DNA of 64,000 nt, taken from contig NMRA01000385.1 of the NCBI GenBank assembly GCA_002633005.1, forward strand, positions 127,839 to 191,838. Reading direction: 5' to 3'. This stretch comes from Phoronis australis. Lineage: Eukaryota > Animalia > Phoronida. Below, piece by piece: positions 24,801-36,800 of the stretch. The notes beneath the pieces are model-generated. The model had not been told where the DNA came from. It ran no database searches and was given only the letters and a program-made list of their open reading frames with translations. The translations under genes were made by a program, and so were the position numbers. Each line of letters starts with the position of its first letter. Position 1 is the stretch's first letter.

Positions 24801-27800
24801 ATTCAAAGGTAATGGGACAAAAACTCTGTTCCAGGTTTTCTTTTATTGTTTTTGAACTTGTTGATTTTTACCAATTCCATTTATAAACATAGTGCATATT
24901 GTCCCTTTTGTAGGTATAAACTGTCAACTAGAAGTCGACGAGTGCGCCTCTAATCCATGCCCCAATTACCACAAGTGTGTTGATCACCTCGCCTACTACG
25001 AATGTGTATTTAAGAGAGACGCAGTAGACGCCACCATCTCGGCCATCTTGACTGGTGTTGGCGCTGGTGTTGGTGTTCTTGGTGTTATCCTCCTTGTGGT
25101 CATTATCGTTGCCACCGTTGCTTTATGTCGCAGACGGTACGTAAAAATTCTTTTGAAAGCGTTCCTGTTTCACTGTAACACAAACTTGATCGTGTTGTTT
25201 CCATGCCATGGATTTTATTTCTTTGTTGCAAAAGTAGCCGGCAAGAATCTCACGCCAAGAGACTTATTGTATGGATACCATTGATAGACCATACACAGAT
25301 CAGGGGCTCAAAAGTCCATAATGTGCTCCCCACTCAAATTTTATTGCTTTTCCTCAATGTTAACCTCCAATGTTTGTGGGTTGATTTTCTACTAAGAAAC
25401 TAATTGCATTCTTGGTAACAAAGAGTGGGTGATCTGACTCATACATGGAATTAAGCCAGGCTGATGGACACGGTGGGGTGGGGCAAGAAGACGGTATCTT
25501 ATTCACTTCTTGGCATTGCTCTTAGAAAGACAGACACACAATATTCCAGTGCAATAATTATGGGTGAGAAACAACATGACCACCGGTCCTCTAAATCGGA
25601 CCGACTCACCCAAAACAGAACCTCCGGGGATCAAATGGGACTACCGCACCAGAAAATGGGACTTACGCACCTATAAACATGACCGCCCCACCACAAAACT
25701 GGACCACCAGGAACTGAACATGACCGCCGGACAAAATGTAGTGATCAAGGCCTTTGTATGATACTGCGGGTTATGACGTAACCGGTCAGCTATAGCTGTG
25801 TAAAGACTATCGCTAAAAATAAAGCTTGGTAGCACTGCGTTATTCAGCTCCGTTACATCCCCGAAATTTCCCACAGCCCAGGTATAGCTCGTCACTTCGT
25901 CTTGAAACTTATATCAACATGCAGAGCTAGTGACCGGCACAGGCGCATGTAAAATCTAGGAGTCAACCAACACTCACCTTGCAGGTTGCAGTCCCTTGAG
26001 TGAAAAACAATCTAATGAACGTCATTTTCTTGCATAATTCTTTGCCTATTGTAACAAAAAAGTCTGTTGCACTGGTGACATGTGCACACGCCATTTCCTA
26101 AAATTTTGCGACATCTTTCGGAAGATGATGACAACTTTGCAACAGCAAGATTTGTTCTGAAATTCGGTTTGCTAGTATTAAAATACTAAAAAGTTTTAAC
26201 GAAATGAAACCAGTTTCGACAATTTGTTGTGCCATGTACGCATCCTCGTAGAAGAGAAGAACAGCTGACTGAAGAATCGGTGGAAAAAAGAACTGGCCAA
26301 TGTAAGCCGACCTACAAGAATGCATCTCAATTTTAGCAGCAGAATAACGACAGAACAACAATTTTTGCCGAGCGCTGATAAGTAATTTAGTTTACTCAAG
26401 GAAGAGTGTCGTTAATGACACTAATTCGGTGAAGATTATACATGTTCAGTTTTATACCGGCCACATAGGCACAAAGCTGTATACTAATACAGCCGCATAC
26501 AGGCTAGTTATGATGATGCTTCACCTGAGAACCAGAACGCCGTTTTTTTTACTGGACTAAAACGTCAATTTGGAGAAAATGATTTCCATTTTGTTCTAAA
26601 ACTTGTGCAGTGGATAAAATTATAATTATTTAGCTCAAAAGCGTGCAACATGATGGTTTGTCGTTAGATTTATTAAATGTTGACCTTTCAAGTGTTTATA
26701 AGTCACCTACTGCAGCAGAGCCTGGTCAGAAGTAAAACTTAAAAGCGCGGCGTGTTACAAAGGAAGTGTCCTGTAGTGCACAAAAGATTTCGGTGGATTA
26801 ATCGGCCCAAGACTTGCATATGCAAACATACATAGCCCAATTGTATGATCTGTGTAAGCCCACCGGTAATGAATCTTAGCCTGTTTGTCATTACTGTTTC
26901 AATCCCTGGCAGTCCTGTTTTGTGGTGGAGCGGTCATGTTTTTAGGTGCGTCAGTACCATTTTCTGGTGCGGCAGTCCCATTTGAACCACAAAGGTCCTG
27001 CTTTGGGTGAGTCAGTCCAATTTAGAGGACCGGTGGTCATGTTGTTTCTCACCTGTGATAATCATTGATACTTGTGTTTATCTTATTCAGGAAAACCAAG
27101 GCAGTATGTGGAGACAATATTTAGCCTTTTATCATCTGAGTTTTTGAGTTAATTCGAACTGTCGCCTACGTATGGAATTTGCTGTTACACCTGTGGCATA
27201 GGGTGGATGTTTTAATGTGGTAGTTACTCTGCCACATCCAGAAAGGACCGTTATACACTTTTGTAATACTTGCTCCATAGTCATTATTGTGCTTGCAATA
27301 GGTGCAGCAACGTGTGCATCACCTACCATAACCTGTCAAAATGACTCACTGTAGGGTACCTCTTACTAATCTAGCACCACGCCTCTTATGTTGTCTTATC
27401 TTTGTACTGCAAGATCTCGTCAAATTAGGGCACAATTATTTGGGGGACAAGTGAAACTTTCCTTTTTTCGTGAAAAGTTAGTCACTTTTCCATATAATTT
27501 TTCACAATGTACTATCACTAAGTATTATTTGCATGGCATTTAGAAGACCTGGAAAAATTTTTTCATCCTGAGCTTTCAACTACAATGAATCAACAAAGAC
27601 TAATTTTCTGAGAATTTGACCACTGCAGTACCCCCTAGTGGCCATTTAAAAGATAATTGCAAGCAGTCTGATACAAGGTGTACCATGCACTGATCATGTG
27701 GAACCATTTTTATGCATTATTAACAATGAAAACTGAGCTGAGTAGCAAGAAACCGGACTCAAGGGTTTAGCAGTGTGACTTAGTGGGACTGGAACCCATG

Positions 27801-30800
27801 ACCTCGATTAAAGAAAGCATGCACCTATCACACTTGGCCACACTGCCTCCTGTGTGGCCGTTTTAGTCTTGGCAAATGTTTTCAAAAGTAAAACCATTGA
27901 AATGAAGCTGTAAGCACTTGAAATATTCTGCTTGTGGTGCACTGTGGGTGCATATCAAGGCTTCACATTGCTCTTGTCCATTTTTCAAGAGCTTTCACCA
28001 TTGTTAAAAATTGTGTTTTGAATAACTGTGGATCTTTGAAATAGTAAAACATTGATTTGGTGCTTCGCATATTTTTTTGAAAAAATGAGAAAGCAAAATT
28101 CTTCTTGTTTGCCATATTGTGTCCTGAATTGGCAAGATTTTACAAGATTGATTCGTGATTTACTCACCTGTTACTTCCCGAAGGCTTTTTGTGTATGTTT
28201 CATCAATGGTGCACTTGTGATCCAATGTATGTGGCGCCCCCTGAGAATTAGATTCCTGCTGTGTTTGTTTTAGGCATATTCCAAGGAAAGTCGCAGATTG
28301 TACGAAATTATCCGAGAGTGATTCGTAAGTAGTCTCAGTCTACGGTTTTCATGTAAGAGATGTTAAATTATGTTCTTCCCTTTAAGATATACGTATGGCA
28401 AATTTAATTTCCCTTTAGCTAGTAGGGATTTTAGTAACAGGGCCTTGGGTGGATTTTTACTACTGAAATTGGCTTTTTTCCCTTTTTTTAAATACTTTCT
28501 GTTATGTTAACATTTTAACAAGTTTGTAGACAAATTTGAGATATTAAGTAAATTATTTCTTCCCTGTTTTGTTTAATTAGTTTATCACCATATCTGGCTT
28601 GACGCCCACGTCACTTAGTGATCATGCTCGACTCGGTGCTTTCTTAGAAGTGCTTAGTATGTCTTTGTGAATTCCTGTTTCACAAAAAATAGCTCCCAAT
28701 GCAGTCTCAGTGGTATGTTGTCATACATTATGGACATAAGAAGAAATTGTGGCTGATGCTAGCAATATTTCTGACTTTACATGGACTGCAGAACATCTTT
28801 GCTCTTAGATTATTGCATCAGATATTCTATGCGCTGAAAAAATTTAGCATCTCTTTAAGGAAGACCGGATGGCTGATTCCTGGGTGGTGGCATAAAACAT
28901 CTCCAGTATTTGTATTGTGTTGCCATCTTACTTTCATGTTATTAAAAATCCCTGTTCACTAAACCAAACCACTCCTGTCTTGTTTGCTGTCTGTTTCTGC
29001 CAGTCTGTGCTTTACCTTTTCATAGTTTAAGAGCAAAATAATCCAGAAATCATTGTAGGAGCACTCTGTAATGGAAACTGTCTTTTCTGACTGAGTGGGA
29101 AAGGAAACCTGGGTTATTGCAAAAATGCTCGTAATTGTGCATTCATGTACATGTATGTGGGTGCATTATGCTGCCACCTCTGTCCTTCTGGTGTGCATCT
29201 GTTGTCCGGCATCTACGGATGTATCTTCCAAAGCTCCTGGATGGATGTTCATGCAATTTTCCAGTTATGCTCCAACCATGGATAGAATGGTATGAGCAAC
29301 ATAATGTAGAATTGTCGTGAGGACTTGACAGGGACCTGACAGGGCTCTCACGCTTCTCTGGCTTATTTACACTAATTTGAAGGGGCTTTGCCCAGTGACA
29401 CATTGTGTGTCATAAAAAAATAATGATACATGCAGCTGACGCGGCAAGTAGAACTACGTTTCTTGTTTATCACATTGGTGTAGACTCACAGTAGAACAGT
29501 GGTTTTCTGTTGAGCCCAGACCGTCCGTAACTGCACCATATACCAACTCCAGACAGTCTCTCACTGTCGACGATTTAACATTATGAAAATGAAGTTCCTT
29601 ATGGAATTTTCATGAAATCTGGCAAATAGGCATCTGCACAAACTTTAAAATTAGGGTGTAAGTTAACAGAGACATATTGATCCAATGTTTTGGTTTATTG
29701 ACATGTCTCTGTTTACTAAGTGCACCCTAATTTAAAGTTTGTGCTTAATGTTTTGGCCAAAGATAAGTGTGATAAATAGGCATCTTATCAGGGAGATGAT
29801 GCCACCTTTACATATTTGAATGGATTTGACATGTTTTGGACCACGTACAGTAGCTATTTTTCCTCTCTTCGAGTCTACCTACTTCTCTGACAAACAACTC
29901 TGCCAGCCCTTAAGGAAATTAGCATAACTTTGTGTGTTCCTACCCAAGAGAATGGCTGATGATTATTTTCGTACAACTCTGACTACTGTGGGGTTCCCTA
30001 GTGGCAATTTTGTTGTTTTTGCATCCATGTCTATCTCTTAAATGCTCCATATGTCTCTTTGTTCAATTTGTCCAGTGTGAAGATTACAACAAATGATGCC
30101 TTTGGAGAGATTTGGCTATAGCTGTGCCACCTAGTGGCAACTTTAATTTTGTTTCCATTTCCTGTACGTTTTCCATGACCGATTTACCTGAAATTTTCTA
30201 TTAAAGAAGCAATGACACCTTGTTTTCAGATGGATCTGACAAGGTGTCACTTATTTGCCATTTTCATTACTTTCGACTGGAATCTGGTTTTGGCATCCAC
30301 CTCTGTTGGCTAAGAGAGCTAAAAGGATGGTTATGAAAATTGACATATTTGTTACCAGTAGTCTGAGCATGGCTGACAATAATGTTTAGACAGGCTTCAA
30401 CTAGTGTGGTGTACCTTGTAGTAGTTTTGATTTCTTGTGCAGCTTTCTCTCCATAGCCTGGACTGCAGGATTTTTGTGAAATTTGGCAAGTACATTCCAA
30501 TGAACATCAGGCATCGGACATATGTGAATACCTCTGTGTCCCCAAGTGGCAATTTTAGTTTTGCATTGATCTTGTTTTTGACCGAAAAAACAGTTTCTGT
30601 GAAATTAGCATGTTTCTTGTGGGTGAAAACTGGCTGTTATATCAGCGGTACGAGACATATGTTATTTCAGATTGGCAAATACTTTGCATTCCTTCAAAAG
30701 TATTTCATTTCATGCAGTTTTGTGACCAGGCTATGCAGGCCAAGCGAAACCTTACACCGTGAGAAAATGCAGCAGTTAATGTGTAACGTTTTCTGTCTTA

Positions 30801-33800
30801 GATTCTGTATTAGTCGATCTCTTGTCAGAATCGGCTGTCAACTTTGTAACTTCCATAATATTTTAACTACTGGGCGGGCACTCCCAATAATGTAAATAGA
30901 TAAATGAGAAAGAGACAATTTTAACAATTGTTTTGTATGAAAGTGGTGAAATTTAACAGTAATTAAGTGATTGTATTTCACTGACAGGAATTCTTCTGGG
31001 AGCAGCTCTGTGTCCTTGACTCATATGGACGAGAAGGGAAACATCATCAAGACAGGTGGCAAAATAAGTGCCGCAACCACCAAAAGAATGTCGCTGCATG
31101 AGGTCGAAGGTTATGACAACGAAACTTACGAGGACAGCATGATTGGTTCGTCATCACGTGCCACGACGAAAATGGGAGGAGGCAGTGGCCGCAGGAGTCT
31201 GCAGAAGAAAGGCAAAATGTGAGTATTGCCAGTGCTGAAAGCCATTTTTCTACTTAATGATGTTGTTACCCCAGTCTTAGGTTTGACCACCTCCCTCAGT
31301 CACCTTACATGTGTGGCACCTCTCCTTCCGGAGGCTACCTACCTGCCCGTCCCCACCTATTTTTCACAACCCCACTAATCTTGAGTGCCTGGGAGCAACT
31401 GGTACATCCAGGTGGGCGCACAAGTGCGCCATGATGACCTTGTTCATTGAAAATAAGACCTAAACCTCAATCAGTTTTGGGTTTGTCTCCCTCCCCCATT
31501 CATTTTAAAGTGCCAAGACAAAGATGGAACATTACATGCTATGAACATTCCCACTAAATAAAATTGGTTCTAACCCCGGTGGTTAAGGTAAATGGCGGGG
31601 TATGGAAAATTGAACTAGACCGTATTTATCCACCTTGGCTGAGTCGCACTCGGCTCACGATCAAAGGGATGCCGCCAGGCTGCTCTATTCATCGAGTCAC
31701 GAGCGAGGATAATTGGCTTCGCTCATGCGGATATGATCAGCTGATTACAATCTAGCTAGCAGACTGTACTTTTTATGGTGAGAGTTTTACGTAGTTTTTA
31801 CTGTAATATTTGAAAAGAGGAGCGAAAACAAATATGAGTACAACTTTGAATTTTTCAAATCGGCCCAGGATAAGAGATTTTGCAACACAGCAACACTCAC
31901 GATTACTTTCATTCGGCGCGCACTAATACAAAAANNNNNNNNNNNNNNNNNNNNNNNNNNNNNNNNNNNNNNNNNNNNNNNNNNNNNNNNNNNNNNNNNN
32001 NNNNNNNNNNNNNNNNNNNNNNNNNNNNNNNNNNNNNNNNNNNNNNNNNNNNNNNNNNNNNNNNNNNNNNNNNNNNNNNNNNNNNNNNNNNNNNNNNNNN
32101 NNNNNNNNNNNNNNNNNNNNNNNNNNNNNNNNNNNNNNNNNNNNNNNNNNNNNNNNNNNNNNNNNNNNNNNNNNNNNNNNNNNNNNNNNNNNNNNNNNNN
32201 NNNNNNNNNNNNNNNNNNNNNNNNNNNNNNNNNNNNNNNNNNNNNNNNNNNNNNNNNNNNNNNNNNNNNNNNNNNNNNNNNNNNNNNNNNNNNNNNNNNN
32301 NNNNNNNNNNNNNNNNNNNNNNNNNNNNNNNNNNNNNNNNNNNNNNNNNNNNNNNNNNNNNNNNNNNNNNNNNNNNNNNNNNNNNNNNNNNNNNNNNNNN
32401 NNNNNNNNNNNNNNNNNNNNNNNNNNNNNNNNNNNNNNNNNNNNNNNNNNNNNNNNNNNNNNNNNNNNNNNNNNNNNNNNNNNNNNNNNNNNNNNNNNNN
32501 NNNNNNNNNNNNNNNNNNNNNNNNNNNNNNNNNNNNNNNNNNNNNNNNNNNNNNNNNNNNNNNNNNNNNNNNNNNNNNNNNNNNNNNNNNNNNNNNNTTT
32601 ATTAGAGCCAATACAGTATACAGCTTTCCACCAAGGCTAGGTGATACTACGACAATATTCTTTGTTGCATTAGTAACTGGTCTTGGCTAATATTATCATT
32701 TTATGGCCTGGTCATCCATTCAGCCAAAAGTAGTTCCAGAGGTGGCTTATCAGCCAATTGTTCACGCATGCTGACTCACAATAGAAGCCTGATAAGAGTG
32801 AAGGTGGATAAATGCGGTGTTCCTACAGTTTCTTGTTTTAGTGGATGTGTTCACGACATGTTATGCATACACGAGCATGAACGAGACCTTCATACAGTGT
32901 TTGTTCTGGGCGTCTAAATGGACACCATAGCACTAATCTGGACACCCGGCAACGACACCCACTGTGAATCAGAATTTCTCCAGTTTGGACACCCACATTT
33001 TAAGGGCTATGTTAATTTACTAGAACAACCAGTTATGCACCCCTGGTGATAGTCTGATAGTTTAGAGAGAAGGCACCCAAAGAGATCACAGTGCTGGCTC
33101 TTTCAATTCAATATACAAACTAGGTTCAAGCTTGCTTTAAAGCTTTGAGAATGAAGATTTATCGAGCATCAGCAGATATGTTAGTCTGCTCTCAGTGGTC
33201 TCCAACAGTACTGTAATTCAATACTTTATATCGGGACACGTACCTTACCATAACTCCAGATTGGTGCTTTAGACTTTCATCTGTTTTAATACTATATATT
33301 GTGCCACAAGAATGTGCCTACATAAATTTTTGAGCTTGTGAATGTTTCATGCTTTTCAATGTGTTTGTTAATGTTTTAATATGGGACAGCAGGGACACCT
33401 ATTGCCAAAATATACCACTTTTCATCTGTGCATTTTGCTTGTGTTGGTAACTGCAGCTCTGATGACTCATTGTACAGAAAAAAAGCTAGCTAAGATGCTA
33501 TGATAAACTTTATTACAATTTGACTTGAGAGCGCCAAAAACATAGTGCAGTCATTGTTCAACCAATATCCCTAATATTTGTTTGGTAAACTACTTAGCTG
33601 TTTTCATAACTTTAGAGCCTAATGGTAAACACAGTTATATTTGTAAAAAAAGGTCACTATGGGGGGCTGTTTTTGTAAACTTAGATGTAAAGTACTTGGC
33701 CTACATATGTTTTGTAAAAAAACATCACTGTGTGTGAGGGGAATTCTGGTAGCAAACGCTGTTGGTGTGGTGGGGGGGTAACGCGTCGTTGCAATGATGG

Positions 33801-36800
33801 ACGCCCTGGAATATTGCTGGGAACCCCATTTTGGACACCCTATTTTCGAAACCCTGGATGAAGCCCTGACGTAAACCATTAAGTCATACATTCGTGTTTG
33901 CATGTCCATGTGCCACAATTACCTCAAGAATGGAGCCTTAGATTTTTTCATATTTTGTTCTGAGGTGTAGGGAGGCAACTCCTGGTTGCAGTCTATTTTG
34001 AATGCATTTACATTATTTTCAAGGTCACAGCGAGAAAATGAAATTTCGGCTTGGGCTAATTTTGATGGCACGATATCTTAAAAAAAAATTCTAATCTAAC
34101 TTATTATTTTGTGCTGAGCTATTGGTGGGACATGCCCGGGCACCAATCAGTTTTGGTGTTCTTGACCTCACGAAAAGAGGAAAAATCAAGTTTTTGGGAA
34201 ATGATTCTGTTGCGATCATTCGAGAAGGAGCTTTGGGATTGTGTTCGTATTTTGTACCAAGATGTAGATGGGGCAACTACAGGCATCGATTTTGCTTACC
34301 ATGACACCTTTATCAGCAATAAAATCAAGTTTTGGCATAGGTAGTTAATGTTGGTTGTTTTCATGATATTTTTTATGGGAGCTTTTGATTTTGTTCAAAG
34401 TTTGTGCCTAGGTGTAACTGGGGCAACTCCAGGAACCAGTCAGTTTTGGTAACCTTGATATCTTTTTCAAGGTCATAGGGAGATCTGTTGAATCTACATC
34501 ACATCATACATCATATGAAAGTTCGTTTCAAAGTGAATTTTTTTCATTGAAAATTTGGGACTGCTTAGAGTGTTTGTGTTGAGATGTGATGGAAACAAAG
34601 TCTTGCAATAATTTTCATCTGACTTTTTTTACACAAAAACATCATCCATGACGTTAAAAATGCATGCATCTCAGTTTGGTCACCTTGTGACAAAAGCTTG
34701 TTGTCATTTGAATACAGTAGAAACAGAAAGTTGTTTTCCCATATTATTCTCTACTCAAAGCTAGTAAGACAACATGCTTTGCTTGAATTACATAGCCATA
34801 TATCATGACGAGTTATATTTTCTCATCCTCATTAATAAGCTAGCTTTGTGTAAGGCAGCCTTGTCCACTGTGGGCTCAAGGTCCCATTTGATTATATTGA
34901 ATATATGGAAGTGTGCACTGTGCATGGGTCTGTCTTACTTGATCCTCACTCATCAACCCGTGACCTCCAACAATCCCGTTTTACTTACATCCGTAACGTA
35001 GAATTGTCGTGAGAAGTTTACAGGGTCCTCAGGGGTCTCACGCTCTACTGATTTATCCACATTATTTTGAAAACGCTTTGCCCAATCACACATTTTGTGT
35101 CATAAAAGAGATAAATATACCTGCGGCTGACGTAGCAAGTAGAACTACCGGTAGTCTCATTTGTCACATTGGTGTAGATTCACATTTGAACTGTGGTTTT
35201 CTGTTGACCCCAGGCCGTCCGGAGTTGCATCTTATACCAACTCCGGACGGTCTCTCACGACGATTTAGCGTTATGTGCCCCCTACCCCATCCACTCCCTG
35301 AGTACTTTCCGCCCTTCTCACTCATTTGAAACTTTAGCAGGCAATGGGGATGTGAACACTATCAGCATGGGAGTGCACAACTAATTGGATTTCGTTGTCA
35401 TTATCGCTAGTGCTTCAACCCCCTGGTCATTGCGAACTACATTGATTGCTCCCCCTTGCCATAGTTGTGACATGCTTTTTGAGGTGCAAACCCCATGGAG
35501 GCACCCATACTTCTTGAGTGAGCTTAACTTTTTGGAACTGGCCAAATTTGTTGGTTAGGGTATGATTTTGGCATTTAGGTAATCTTTTATGAATTGAGTA
35601 GGGTGCCAAAACATAAACTACCGATCATTCTTTAGGGGAGCAAACCTACTACTCGGGGCTGAGGAATTTAAGGAAGGGTATACAAGAAAACTAGTCTTGG
35701 AGAAATAAATTGCAATTGTAGTTATATATGAAATGAAAGCTCTTGAGCTGGTCTATAACATTACAAAAGTCTAAGCAAATCTAATTTGTAGAACTCCTGG
35801 TTCTAAGGAGGACAATTTGGCCTTTTGTGTATCAAGATGTCAGATTTTATCTGTGATACTACATAGCCTGTAGACTTTAACATTATACAGCTCTACTGCA
35901 ATTATAATATAAAAATAAGGTGATATGAGATAAGATAAAATGGCAAAAGATTAGTAATTTTATTTTCAATACATATGACATTTGAATTTCTTTTTGCAAA
36001 CACTGTTGTTGGTACCTGGGCAATTTAGTAATATTAGAGATTATAAGGTAATTTATTAACACTGTACTCAAAATAGGGTATGGTAATGTAGCCCCCCCCN
36101 GAAAAACACCACTTCCCTGCCGATGCACGACTAAAACCAAACTTAGAGTCTGAAAGCAAATTTCCTACCGATTCAGAAAATGTGGTCCAAAAGTACTGTC
36201 AACCAACTAGTTTTTTTGCAATTCTTGCTTGTTTGAGGGCTACCTAAAATCACAGCCAATTTCTCGGTCGCTACCCAACAATGCACAATTGCAGCTGGGG
36301 GCCGCCATCTTGAAGAAGAGTGCAGCTACAGCCAAGAAAGTGGCCTTTTTTTATTCACAGCATGTTCACAAATACAAACAAACCACATTCACTGAGCCTA
36401 CGTGCAATGCCCACCTACAAAATGCCCCCAAACTTGGCCTACCCCAAAATTTCTATATTTTGGGAGTGCAAATTGGCCGCGGCCGCAGCCTAACTATTCA
36501 GTGCCACCTTTGTAATGTGGCACTTGATCTTATCAATGGAGTCACCAGCATTACATTCAACAGTAACTGTTGTAATATGACACAATATCAGCATGCATTG
36601 GTTTCGAGAATAACGCCACTCAATTGAATTTGACGCGGTGCATTTCATTGATGAGATCTTGTGACTTCCCATCATGCACCATTTTGTTTGGTATCCACTC
36701 TGCCCCTGTATGCACTAACACAGTGATGCACAAAAGCTGCTAGATGTTTTGACAGTCTTGTTCATTACTTATACTTTGTATTCCATGGGGATGTGTTTGT

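Noticed and set aside
27091-27103. 13-nt micro-exon candidate (cag|GAAAACCAAGGCA|gtatgt)
   Set aside because: It would shift phase 2->0, and I found no compatible downstream phase-0 exon.
31787-32611. Long ORFs in the track
   Set aside because: Artefacts of the N gap.
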